Shown here: piece after piece, positions 48,154-57,866 of the stretch
How positions within the stretch are numbered: position 1 is the stretch's first letter
Layout of the letters: every line of letters starts with the position of its first letter
Origin: an uncultured Gammaproteobacteria bacterium
GTDB lineage: Bacteria > Patescibacteriota > Patescibacteriia > UBA11705 > JABHMO01
Direction of reading: 5' to 3'
DNA: 64,000 nt
Assembly: GCA_964590105.1 (NCBI GenBank)
Contig: CAZPYM010000002.1
Span: 218,697-282,696, forward strand
Notes under the pieces: generated by a model
The model's input: only the letters and a program-made list of their open reading frames with translations
The model's database searches: none
What the model was told of the DNA's origin: nothing
Made by a program: the position numbers and the translations under genes

Positions 48154-48682
48154 AATTCATGGCCGCGGCGGGCAGGGCTCGGTCACGGCGGCAGAATTGA
48201 TCGCGGTCGCCGCTTTTTACGATGGGAAGTATTCGCAGGCTTTTCCTAATTTCGGCGTGGAAAGGCGAGGTGCGCCGGTCATGGCTTACTGCCGTATTTC
48301 TTTGCAGCCGATTCATTTGCGCGAGCAGATTTATTTCCCTGATTATGTGATTGTTCAGGATCCGAGTTTGATTAATGATGACCGCCAAGTCCTTCTGGGG
48401 CTGGAAAAACAAGCATCAATTTTAATTAATACGGAAAAAACAAGTTGGCCGCAGATTAAAAATAAAAATATTGTTATAGTGCCGGCTACGAAAATTGCGC
48501 TGGAAAAGATTGGCAAACCTTTTATTAATACTGCCATTGTCGGCGCCTTTGCCGCCATGAGCGGAGCTGTCAGCCTGGAATCATTGAAAAAAGCCGTTGC
48601 GGAAAGATTCAGTGGACCGCTTGGTGAAACCAATATCGCGGCCTTGGAAGCGGCTTTTGAATTTATCAAAAAGGGCAGATGA
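48131..48682 (+). CDS. porC: Pyruvate:ferredoxin oxidoreductase gamma subunit
   Basis: EIRIHGRGGQG.VT, FP.FGVERRGAPV. Confidence 0.92.
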   Translation: MKTMLEIRIHGRGGQGSVTAAELIAVAAFYDGKYSQAFPNFGVERRGAPVMAYCRISLQPIHLREQIYFPDYVIVQDPSLINDDRQVLLGLEKQASILINTEKTSWPQIKNKNIVIVPATKIALEKIGKPFINTAIVGAFAAMSGAVSLESLKKAVAERFSGPLGETNIAALEAAFEFIKKGR

Positions 48683-48806
48683 TCGAGAGGAGGTAAAAGT
48701 TAAAAGGGAAAAGTTAAAAGTTAAAAGTTAAAAGTTGAAAGGTGAAATGTGAAATTTCAATGTCACTTCTCACTTCTCCCGCACTAATCACTAGTTATTT
48801 TATATT

Positions 48807-49079
48807 ATGAAGATAAACATCGCCGTTCAACCCGGTACATCAAAGAAAAATAAAACAGGCAACTGGCGCACATTTGTCCCAATAGTTGATCATGACAGAT
48901 GTATCGCCTGTGGCGCTTGCGCGCGCGTTTGTCCAGAGGGTTGTATTTTTCCGGTTGGCGACAAGGCTCTGCAGGGCAAGGTTTTTTATGAAAAAGATTT
49001 GGATTATTGCAAGGGTTGTGGTATTTGCGCGGAGGAATGTCCTGTTAAGTGTATTAAAATGGAACTTGAAGAAAAATAA
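48807..49079 (+). CDS. porD: Pyruvate:ferredoxin oxidoreductase delta subunit
   Basis: KTGNWR, two CxxCxxCxxxCP ferredoxin motifs. Confidence 0.92.
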   Translation: MKINIAVQPGTSKKNKTGNWRTFVPIVDHDRCIACGACARVCPEGCIFPVGDKALQGKVFYEKDLDYCKGCGICAEECPVKCIKMELEEK

Positions 49080-49081
49080 TA

Positions 49082-49718
49082 ACACGAATAAAACACGAAT
49101 AGCTCGGGAACACGCGAATGACACGAATTAGATGGATGAAATTTAAGGCAAAGGCTCCTTGAGAAAATGCGAATGAATAAATCATGGTGGAAATAATATA
49201 TAAAGAATTATCATATTAAGTAAACGGTATTTTATTTGACGTTCAAAATGAATTGGGGCGATATAGAAGTCGTCGGCAATATGTGGATAAACTGGAACAA
49301 AAAATAATTGCTTTTGGATTAAAATGCGCCAGGGAAATGCCATTGCCGCCGTCGTTCGAAGGTGAAAAAGAAAAAAGAAATATACCTGATTTGGTTGTGG
49401 CGGAAGAAGAAAAAAAGATGGTTATCGAAGTTAAAGTAAAAAGACTTTTAACAAAGGGGGATTATTATCAACTGCAACGCTATTTAGCGAGTGGAAATTT
49501 TCGTCTTGGTATATTGGTCAATTTTCGCCAGCACTATTTGAAACCAAAACGCATTATAAATGCCGAATATAAATCTTGGAAATCCAGTTCAATGTAGTCT
49601 AATCTTTAATTGAATTCGTGTCATTTGCGTGGTAGCCCATTCGTGTTATAGCCCATTCGCTTTTCATATTATATCGGCCATTTAATTCGTGTCCTTCGCG
49701 TGGTGGCCCATTCGTGTT
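49082..49718. repeat. Inverted short-repeat arrays flanking GxxExxY gene
   Basis: Left ACACGAAT-type units (49082-49130), right ATTCGTGT units (49613-49718). Confidence 0.8.
49184..49597 (+). pseudogene. GxxExxY protein pseudogene
   Basis: MVEIIYKELSY* (TAA 49217-19) then in-frame VNGILFDVQNELGRYRSRRQY, PDLVV..IEVK, GILVNF; motif Glu absent. Confidence 0.75.
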
Positions 49719-49726
49719 AATTCTAT

Positions 49727-50872
49727 ATGAAGTATTGTATTGAAGGCTCAAACGCCGTAGCCCGAACAGTAAATCTATGCCGGCCCGGAGTAGTCAGTGC
49801 TTATCCGATTACTCCGCAAACGCATATAGTCGAAGACTTGTCCAAACTCAGATCTGACGGACAAGCTGATTTTGAATATGTGCGCGCGGAAAGCGAATTC
49901 AGCGCGGCCTCGATCGTGCTCGGCGCCAGCGCCGCCGGCGCGCGTACTTATACCGCGACTTGTTCGCAGGGTTTGCTTTTGATGTCCGAAGTAATATTTA
50001 CAATTGCCGGCATGCGCCTGCCCGTTGTTTTGACCTGCGCCAATCGAGCGGTTTCGGCGCCGATCAATATTTGGAATGATCAGCAGGACGCGATGACTGT
50101 GCGCGACAGCGGCTGGATAATGTTTTTTGCGGAAAATAATCAGGAAGTTGTTGATTTTCATATCTTGGCATTCAAAATCGCCGAACAAACCAAAATACCG
50201 GTCATGGTCAATATGGATGGTTTTGTTTTGACGCACACTTTTGAGCCGGTGGAAATTCCGGAGCAGGCAATGGTGGATTCTTATTTGCCGGCCTATTGTC
50301 CTGAACCGGGCCAGTTTCTGGATCCTGAAAACCCGGTCAGTCTCGGCTGTTTTGCCACGCCGGCTGATTACATGGAAATTCGTCAGGATTTGGCCAGTGA
50401 TTTGGAGGTTTCAAAAAAAATTATAAAAAAAGAATTTGATAGTTATAGAAAAATATTCAAGCGCGGCGATGACGGACTGGTGGAATATTACGGCAGCAAA
50501 AACGCGGCAGTAGTTTTCATGGCCATGGGTTCGGTTGTCGGCACGATTCGCGCGTCAGTTGACGAAATAAACAACGCTGGCGGCAGCGCTGCAGTTCTAA
50601 AAATTAAATGTTTTCGGCCGTTTCCAACCTTGGAAATTATCAAGGCCTTGTCGGGCGCGAAGAATGTCGCGGTCATTGACAAGAGCATCTCGCTCGGCAA
50701 TGAAGGAATTCTGGCCAGTGAGGTCAAGGCGGCAATGCGGGATCCAAAAATAAAAATCCAATCTTTTGTTGCCGGTCTCGGTGGGCGTGATATTACCAGG
50801 AAGATGATTGCCGCTATTTATAAACAAGCGCAAAAGGGGAACAGTGGACTGGTGTTTGTGGGGAAATGCTGA
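49727..50872 (+). CDS. porA: Pyruvate:ferredoxin oxidoreductase alpha subunit
   Basis: AYPITPQT, ESEFSA, TAT.SQGL, GLGGRD. Confidence 0.93.
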   Translation: MKYCIEGSNAVARTVNLCRPGVVSAYPITPQTHIVEDLSKLRSDGQADFEYVRAESEFSAASIVLGASAAGARTYTATCSQGLLLMSEVIFTIAGMRLPVVLTCANRAVSAPINIWNDQQDAMTVRDSGWIMFFAENNQEVVDFHILAFKIAEQTKIPVMVNMDGFVLTHTFEPVEIPEQAMVDSYLPAYCPEPGQFLDPENPVSLGCFATPADYMEIRQDLASDLEVSKKIIKKEFDSYRKIFKRGDDGLVEYYGSKNAAVVFMAMGSVVGTIRASVDEINNAGGSAAVLKIKCFRPFPTLEIIKALSGAKNVAVIDKSISLGNEGILASEVKAAMRDPKIKIQSFVAGLGGRDITRKMIAAIYKQAQKGNSGLVFVGKC

Positions 50873-50889
50873 TTTCCTTTGGCAGGAAT

Positions 50890-51065
50890 GGATTCCTCGA
50901 CTTCGCTCCGCTCCGCTCGGAATGACACGGCAGGGGGGGGCAGCATTATTCGAAATGACAAAGAGAGAAGGCAGAGCATTTTCCTTCTTGTCATTTCGAC
51001 TGGAGTGAGCCGAACTCGTCGCGAGAATAAATATCAAATCTGGGCGAACGGAATGGAGAAATCTA
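50890..51065. repeat. REP-like palindromic elements
   Basis: GATTCCTCGACT..CGCTCGGAATGACA and TGTCATTTCGAC..GGAGAAATCT inverted pair. Confidence 0.65.
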
Positions 51066-51147
51066 GAAACTATTTACGGTTTGAATAATACAGCGTGATT
51101 CTTGCTATATTTAAAGTATATTTCCATCATACATATTTCAAAATTTT

Positions 51148-54027
51148 ATGACTAAATTCACCAAACTATTTATTTTATCAACAGTGGTTTTAATATTACT
51201 GCAATCTTTTAATTTAATATATTTTGTTTCAGTTCCGACTGCTCTGGCCTCTGCGAAACAGTGCGACTGTGCAGGAACTTCATATCCGCCGGCTGATCCG
51301 TGCACTGCCGCATGCGTAGGTAAGCTTCCTTTGGTTACGGACGTGTGCGTTTGCGATGACGGAACAGTAGAAGATATAAAATTGCCGACTGATACTTGTG
51401 CTGTCTTGTGCCCGGTGGCGCCCCCGCCTACGCCTAAGCCTACGTCCCCTGCTCCTTCAGGAACACCAAAATCCACTCCGTCGGCGGTTCCAAAGGCTGG
51501 CTTTAATTTGGAAGAAGCGAAGATCAATATTCAGTTCGGCGATCTGCCTACGAGTTTTACGGCCGTGGATGAGGCGCCGTGCAAATGCACCCCCGCGGAA
51601 AAAGCAAAAGATGCAAAATATTGCGAGGATTATGAAAAGAAAATGTGCATCCGTATTCCCTGGGTTGCTCAATATCTGAATGCGGTTTATCGCTATGGCG
51701 TGACGCTCGGATCATTGCTTGCTGTATTAATGTTGATGATCGGCGGGGTGATGTACATGATGGGCGGACTGAATCAGACCATGATTTCCAAAGCCAAGAG
51801 CATGATGTCCGGCGCGGTTTTAGGTTTAATCTTATTGCTCGGCACTTATGTTTTGTTGAATACTATTAACCCGAATTTAATAAAATTGGAACCGATAAAG
51901 ATTGAGGTAGTCAGAGAGAAGGGGATTTCTTCCTTTACTTTTTGTAATGAGGTGCCAGCAGCTAAGTACAAGGTGACTGATAATACGTGTGGCCAGGAAG
52001 GTTCGTATGAAATAAAAGATAAAAGTATTGACGAAGAACCTGGCAAGTGTATTGGCTCTATATGTAAGCCATCGGCAGATGGGCACAAACAATGGTGTTT
52101 GCCGTCACCAGAAGACAAAGCGATGAAAGAAAATAAAGTTACTTGTATTGACGCCGCGGTTTGGGGATATCTGAAGTATGATGATGGCAGGTTTTTGGAT
52201 TCGATAGGTTTATATGCTTTGGGAGGATATAGTGATGCGGATTGTGTAGCATTAGATAGTGACGCTACTTCCACCTGCGCCGACCCGATTAAAGATAACC
52301 CAGGAGACGGCGATAAAGTATATTATATTAGATGGAGTGATATAAAGGCCGCTGTGGCGAGTAAAAAATCGAGTGCAAAAGATTCATATATGCTGATGAT
52401 TGAACTTAATGATACCGGGGCGTCCAACGCCGCTGTCACCAATTCCAAAATTGTTGTTGCTACCCAGGCGGGCATGAGTTGGATTGGCTTTGACGGAACA
52501 ATTGACGATGAGTATTATGTCGCTCTAAATCCGGAAAATCCTATTAGCACAGAAAAAGATAATGAGGCTTATAATGGTATATGGATAGAGCCTTGCGACA
52601 CTACTGTTGTTTGGATGAGTCCCAAGGGGGAGGGCTGGATGTCCGGCGGACTCCCAGCGGAAAAAGGGAAAAAGTGGAAAACAATGAGGGCTTATGATGT
52701 TGAAACTAGTGGTATTAGATTAGATATTGATTCAAAAGATTTTCAAGAGGACGCGGATATTGATTGTTCTTTAGCTGATAAAATGTTCGGTGCTTCATTG
52801 AAGGTTGGAGCAATATGTGGAAGTAATAAGGAGTGTCTTAGCGATGATTGTGAACTGGAGCAGGGATCAAAGAGATGTGAATGTAATGAAGATGAAGATT
52901 GCAAAAATGAAGTTGCTCCGGGAGATCCGCAAAAAGACAAGTTAGTTTGCGCCACCTCTTGGAATATTTGGAATAGTTGTATTGTGGGTAAGGCAATTGG
53001 CGCATCTTGTTCGGACAATAGCCAGTGCAACAGCGGTAGTTGTTCCGGCGGAAAGTGCGAATGTTCAAAAAAAGAGGATTGTGCATATCAGCCTTATAGT
53101 ACAGCACCGGATTTTTTCAAGAAGAAAAAGATAGACGGAGTTTTGTATGGTTATGCCTGCATTAAAAATATATTTTCGGCAAATGAGTGTAAGTATAAGA
53201 GAGAGCAAGGTGAAGCCTGTGATAAGGCTGAGCAATGTATCAGCAATAATTGTGTGGGTGGATCTTGTATGTGCGATGACGATGCTGACTGTCCAGAAGG
53301 ATCATATTGCGAAACCGTGACCGGTGCTTGTATGTTGCAGCATCTTAATTTGGAAATATGTGACGAGGGAAATAACAAATCTTGTTATAAGGGCATGGAT
53401 TGCGAGGAAGACCACTGGTATGGTGAGGGAACTACAGAAACGCGATGCGAATGTAACAATAATGAAGATTGTGGGCCGGATGCCGTTTGTATTGACATTG
53501 AGGATGGTTGCGGTTGGAATTATTGTCTTGCGAACGACGTGGGTGCGCCTGGTGTGCCATATGGCTATAGCTCTGTTGGTGATTCAACTGTAGTTGCGTC
53601 GCAAAAATATTGGGGACTTTGTGATGCTGATTCCGATTGCGCCGGTACAGCTTTGTCGCCGGGTGATTGTATAACAGATTGGGGAAAGAATAATTGTAAT
53701 GCTTGCAAGAGCACTGATGGAACAGCTTTGATAGGGGGAAAATGTCCTAGTTCTGATAAAGATGCTTGTGGCTATAAGCTTTTTTGTACAGATGAGTGGA
53801 GCACAAATATTTGTGCTCCCGCGTCAGCTATCGCCTGCGGCATCAACGATAGTTTGTGCGTTGGTGGTGGATGGAAAAAGGGAACTTGCGAGGGAACCCT
53901 TTGCGATTGTGGTGGCGATGATGACTGTTCGGCTGGTTATCTGTGTGCAAATAATACGTCCGGTGAGTATAACGGCAACGATATGTGCATCCCTGATTCA
54001 TACAAAGATATTGCTGATAACCTTTAA
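51148..54027 (+). CDS. Large Cys-rich exported protein with CPR pilin-like (TrbC/VirB2-like) segment
   Basis: Signal peptide, Pro-rich linker, two-TM segment ending LLNTINPNL, many C..D.DC.S..C repeats. Confidence 0.75.
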   Translation: MTKFTKLFILSTVVLILLQSFNLIYFVSVPTALASAKQCDCAGTSYPPADPCTAACVGKLPLVTDVCVCDDGTVEDIKLPTDTCAVLCPVAPPPTPKPTSPAPSGTPKSTPSAVPKAGFNLEEAKINIQFGDLPTSFTAVDEAPCKCTPAEKAKDAKYCEDYEKKMCIRIPWVAQYLNAVYRYGVTLGSLLAVLMLMIGGVMYMMGGLNQTMISKAKSMMSGAVLGLILLLGTYVLLNTINPNLIKLEPIKIEVVREKGISSFTFCNEVPAAKYKVTDNTCGQEGSYEIKDKSIDEEPGKCIGSICKPSADGHKQWCLPSPEDKAMKENKVTCIDAAVWGYLKYDDGRFLDSIGLYALGGYSDADCVALDSDATSTCADPIKDNPGDGDKVYYIRWSDIKAAVASKKSSAKDSYMLMIELNDTGASNAAVTNSKIVVATQAGMSWIGFDGTIDDEYYVALNPENPISTEKDNEAYNGIWIEPCDTTVVWMSPKGEGWMSGGLPAEKGKKWKTMRAYDVETSGIRLDIDSKDFQEDADIDCSLADKMFGASLKVGAICGSNKECLSDDCELEQGSKRCECNEDEDCKNEVAPGDPQKDKLVCATSWNIWNSCIVGKAIGASCSDNSQCNSGSCSGGKCECSKKEDCAYQPYSTAPDFFKKKKIDGVLYGYACIKNIFSANECKYKREQGEACDKAEQCISNNCVGGSCMCDDDADCPEGSYCETVTGACMLQHLNLEICDEGNNKSCYKGMDCEEDHWYGEGTTETRCECNNNEDCGPDAVCIDIEDGCGWNYCLANDVGAPGVPYGYSSVGDSTVVASQKYWGLCDADSDCAGTALSPGDCITDWGKNNCNACKSTDGTALIGGKCPSSDKDACGYKLFCTDEWSTNICAPASAIACGINDSLCVGGGWKKGTCEGTLCDCGGDDDCSAGYLCANNTSGEYNGNDMCIPDSYKDIADNL

Positions 54028-54034
54028 GATGTTT

Positions 54035-54949
54035 ATGCCATACCAAATGCCATTTAATCATTTACTAAATCCCGGACACTCGGCCTGCGCAGGTTGTGGT
54101 GAGATTTTGGCTATGCGGCATGTGCTCGCGGCGGCGGGGGGAAATACGATTATTGCCAATGCCACCGGTTGCAGTGAAGTGACAACTACTCGCTACCCGA
54201 TGAGCGCATTCAAAGTTCCATGGATTCACGCCAACTTTGAAAACGCCGCGGCAGTCGCGTCCGGTGTTTTAGCGGCTTTAAACTTTAAGCGTCAATTAAC
54301 CAATCAACCAATTAACCAATCAACCAATATCCTTGCCTGGGGAGGCGATGGCGCTACTTTTGACATTGGATTTGGTTTAATCTCTGGGTCTTGGTACCGG
54401 CGGGAAAATATTTTATATGTTTGTTTTGACAATGAAGCTTATGAAAACACGGGGATTCAAGCCAGCGGAGCCACTCCGCTTGGCGCCAATACCACGACTA
54501 CTCCGTCGGGCAAAGTTTCATTTGGCAATCAGCTGAAAAAAAAGGACATGGTGAAAATCGCGCTGGCGCATGAATGCGTTTATGTTGCCACGGCCACAGT
54601 CGGCAATGTGATTGACATCGGGAACAAAGTAAAAAAAGCTTTGCAAATTCCCGGTCCCAAATATTTGCAAATACTCTGCACCTGCGTGCCGGGCTGGCAT
54701 ACTGATTCAAAGGATACTATTACTATAGCCAAACTCGCTCAACAAACCGGGATTTATCCGATTGTTGAATATGAGAACGGCAAACTAACGAACGCAGTTA
54801 AATGTCCGAAACCGCGACCAAAAGTTGAAGAATATTTCAAATTGCAAGGACGCTATAAACATTTATTCAAGTCGGATGAAGGCAAAGCGGAGATAGAATT
54901 AATTCAAAAAATCGCGGATGAGAATGTGGAGAAATACGATTTGCAATAA
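54035..54949 (+). CDS. porB: Pyruvate:ferredoxin oxidoreductase beta subunit
   Basis: GHSACAGCG, ATGCSEV, FENAAA, GGDG, DNEAYENTG.Q. Confidence 0.93.
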   Translation: MPYQMPFNHLLNPGHSACAGCGEILAMRHVLAAAGGNTIIANATGCSEVTTTRYPMSAFKVPWIHANFENAAAVASGVLAALNFKRQLTNQPINQSTNILAWGGDGATFDIGFGLISGSWYRRENILYVCFDNEAYENTGIQASGATPLGANTTTTPSGKVSFGNQLKKKDMVKIALAHECVYVATATVGNVIDIGNKVKKALQIPGPKYLQILCTCVPGWHTDSKDTITIAKLAQQTGIYPIVEYENGKLTNAVKCPKPRPKVEEYFKLQGRYKHLFKSDEGKAEIELIQKIADENVEKYDLQ

Positions 54950-55013
54950 TTTATTTTAATGAGTATAATAGTAAAAATATTAAACTGTTAAATCGTGAAA
55001 CCGTTCAATTTAT

Positions 55014-55325
55014 ATGGCCGAAGCAACGACCGATGAAATTTTGTCCGCAGTTAATAACTTCGCTAATAAAGTTGATAAGCGTTTTGATAAAGTTGAAGCG
55101 AGGTTAGATTCTCTTGACAAACGAACCGGTCATCTTGAAAATCAAATGGTTACAAAGGATTATCTTGACAACAAACTTGCGGATTTGCGAGGCGATTTAG
55201 TGGTGGCTGTTCGTAGGGAGGATGAAAAGGTTGATACTTTGGTCGGCAAATTACAGGAGGAAGATTCGCTGTCCGAGTTGTCAGCGCAGGAAGTTTTGAA
55301 AATTAAGCCATTAGCCAGGACGTAA
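55014..55325 (+). CDS. Small coiled-coil hypothetical protein
   Basis: Heptad repeats DKRFDKVEARLDSLDKR; MVTKDYLD motif. Confidence 0.65.
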   Translation: MAEATTDEILSAVNNFANKVDKRFDKVEARLDSLDKRTGHLENQMVTKDYLDNKLADLRGDLVVAVRREDEKVDTLVGKLQEEDSLSELSAQEVLKIKPLART

Positions 55326-55803
55326 TAGGAATAGGATGAATATAAATAGGTATTTTGCCTATTTTTTTATTTAATTTTAGCCACACTTGACAATACGTAG
55401 TTTTGTGTTAAGATATAATGTTCGTAATAATATATGGATGCGAACGTCTTATATTGTGAATAACACAAAAAAGATTAAATTGTAAGAAGCAAGTTTTATT
55501 AATTGATTTTATGAATAGTTATCAAACAATTCAAAAAATGAATGCAGGCATGACTAGATGGAATACATCTGGTGCTGTTTTCGGTGCCGGATTGCGCGCG
55601 CGTGCATATGCACCCGCCCAATCGAGGACAGGAAATCTTGGCAGTTTTTTGATTGAAGGCAAATTGTTTGATAATATGAAAACCTAAAACAAATTTCTTC
55701 ATTATAAAAATGCAAAGACGTCCTGTTCTCTGGACGTTTTTTTGATCTTTTACAATTTTCGAAACAAAACATTAGTCTAGCGGCTAATACAAGGGAGGCG
55801 AAC

Positions 55804-57633
55804 ATGAGCGACTGGGACGGAGCGGTAAAAGCGGAAGACCGGAATATCAGTTCATTTCTGCGTAGCTTGTCAAACCTGTGGAGTTTGCTTGGCGAGGCCA
55901 AGAGACTGATCATAATTGCGACAATAATGATATTTGTGATTGAGATTCTGAATATTGGCTTTCCTTACCTGTTGAAATTGATTTTCGATGAGCTGCCGGA
56001 AGTGATCGGCGGCAAGACAATCAGTAGCGGCCTGATCGCGCTCACCGGCGCGCTCTTGGTTGTCAAAGTGGCGGCGCTGACACTAAAACATTTTGTGGCG
56101 GAAAAGTATTTTCTGCTCGGAGTAATTAAATTGGAAAATCGCTGTCCTGTCCTGGCGCAGGAAAAGCTGTTGTCATTGTCGCTCAATTATCATGAACAGG
56201 AAAATACCGGCAAGAAAATTTCCAAAATCGAAAAGGGCTGTGAAAAGCTGGTTATGATTGTCATGGAACTTTACTGGGGCATCGTGCCCGCGCTTTTTTA
56301 TCTGATCATCAATGTTACAGTAGCCTTGGTAATTGATTGGAAGCTCGGACTGCTTTTCGTGGCGCCATTTTTTCCGGCCATGTACATCCACTACCACATG
56401 CACAATAAATTTGAAAGCGCCTGGGAGATTTGGGAAAAGAAAAAAGAGCAGGCGGTTGGTTATTTCTGCCAGTCGATTATCAACGTCAAAACAGTACAGA
56501 ACTTTGTCCAGGAAAACAAAGAAATTGAAAAATTCGCTGATCTGCGCGGGCAGATGTATGATCTGGATACGGAAGCTTCAATAAAAATGCAAAGGTATTT
56601 TTATGTTTCCGGACTAATGTTGCATTTGTTTTATTTTGCGACCATTGCCCTTGGTTTTGTTTTCGTGGCAATGGGCAGGAGCTCAATCGGCACGGTGGTT
56701 TATATGATTGCCACCGGCAACGTGACGATTTTTAGTATCGGCGACATTATGGCCAATTACGCCAGGATTATGAGAAAAACTGTAGCGGTAAATAGAATGA
56801 AGGAGCTGATGGAGCAGAAGTCTGATATTGCCAATGTGGAGGGCGCGATTGTTCCCTTGAAATATGAGGGAAGATTTGAATTCCGGCGCGTAGTTTTCGC
56901 TTATCCTGGCAAGGATTCGCCGGTATTGATTGATTATTCGTCGTGTCTGGAGCCAAATCAAATGGTTGCTTTGGTTGGCAAAAGCGGAGAAGGCAAAACC
57001 ACGGTCGCGAGACTGCTGTGCCGCATGTACGATGCCAGTGGCGGCGAAATTTTGCTGGACGGCAAAAACGTCAAAGACCTGGAACTTTCCTGGTATAGAC
57101 GGCTGTTTGCCATTGTCCAGCAGGACGTGGATATTTTTGACGCCACCTTGCTTGAAAATATTCGTTATCCGCATCCTGATGTTTCCGAGGCGCAAGTCCT
57201 GGAAGCATTGCGGGCGGCTCATTTGGATGACGTTATTAACAGTCGGGAACGATTTCCCGACGGAATTAATACGCAGGTCGGCGAGCGAGGTATTCGCTTG
57301 TCCGGCGGCGAGAGACAGCGAGTGGGAATAGCTCGCGCCTACATCGCTCTTTTGAACGGCGCCCGCGTGCTGATTTTGGACGAGGCAACTTCCAGTTTGG
57401 ATTCGGAAGCGGAAAAAGCGATCCAGCTCATGCTGGATAAAATTCGCGGTCAGCTGAATATTTCGGTTGTGGCGATTGCGCATCGCCTCAGCACCATTCA
57501 GCGGGCTGATATGATTTACGTGATTGACAATGGCCAAGTCGCTGAATCCGGCGACCATGCTCGTCTGGTTCAAAAGAATGGCCTGTACGCCCACCTGGTT
57601 GAATTGCAAAAACTGGGTAATTTGCGCGAGTGA
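55804..57633 (+). CDS. ABC exporter, fused TMD-NBD
   Basis: GKSGEGKT Walker A, LSGGERQR signature, LDEATSSLD, AHRLST. Confidence 0.93.
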   Translation: MSDWDGAVKAEDRNISSFLRSLSNLWSLLGEAKRLIIIATIMIFVIEILNIGFPYLLKLIFDELPEVIGGKTISSGLIALTGALLVVKVAALTLKHFVAEKYFLLGVIKLENRCPVLAQEKLLSLSLNYHEQENTGKKISKIEKGCEKLVMIVMELYWGIVPALFYLIINVTVALVIDWKLGLLFVAPFFPAMYIHYHMHNKFESAWEIWEKKKEQAVGYFCQSIINVKTVQNFVQENKEIEKFADLRGQMYDLDTEASIKMQRYFYVSGLMLHLFYFATIALGFVFVAMGRSSIGTVVYMIATGNVTIFSIGDIMANYARIMRKTVAVNRMKELMEQKSDIANVEGAIVPLKYEGRFEFRRVVFAYPGKDSPVLIDYSSCLEPNQMVALVGKSGEGKTTVARLLCRMYDASGGEILLDGKNVKDLELSWYRRLFAIVQQDVDIFDATLLENIRYPHPDVSEAQVLEALRAAHLDDVINSRERFPDGINTQVGERGIRLSGGERQRVGIARAYIALLNGARVLILDEATSSLDSEAEKAIQLMLDKIRGQLNISVVAIAHRLSTIQRADMIYVIDNGQVAESGDHARLVQKNGLYAHLVELQKLGNLRE

Positions 57634-57866
57634 AATTATTAGAGCTGAACAAAATCAAGAACGCTGACTAAATGAGTTGGCGTCCTTTTTTTTGGGGGTA
57701 CAGAGATACAGATTTGAAGTACAGATAGTACAGATCAGTAATGAGATTGTTTTAGTCTGTATATTTGTAACTACCTCTTTACAAAACCATTTTATGTTGC
57801 TATAATTTACGGCAGCATGTTTGGATAGTAATTAATTTTCATTCTAACTAACCAACAGTCCTTCCT

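Noticed and set aside
49217-49219. In-frame TAA as evidence of stop-codon recoding
   Set aside because: TAA, TAG and TGA all end intact core genes here; the gene has also lost its motif Glu, so decay is the simpler explanation.
55804-57633. ABC exporter as the dedicated transporter of the repeat peptides
   Set aside because: No C39 peptidase domain and about 37 kb from those genes; the sequence gives no link.
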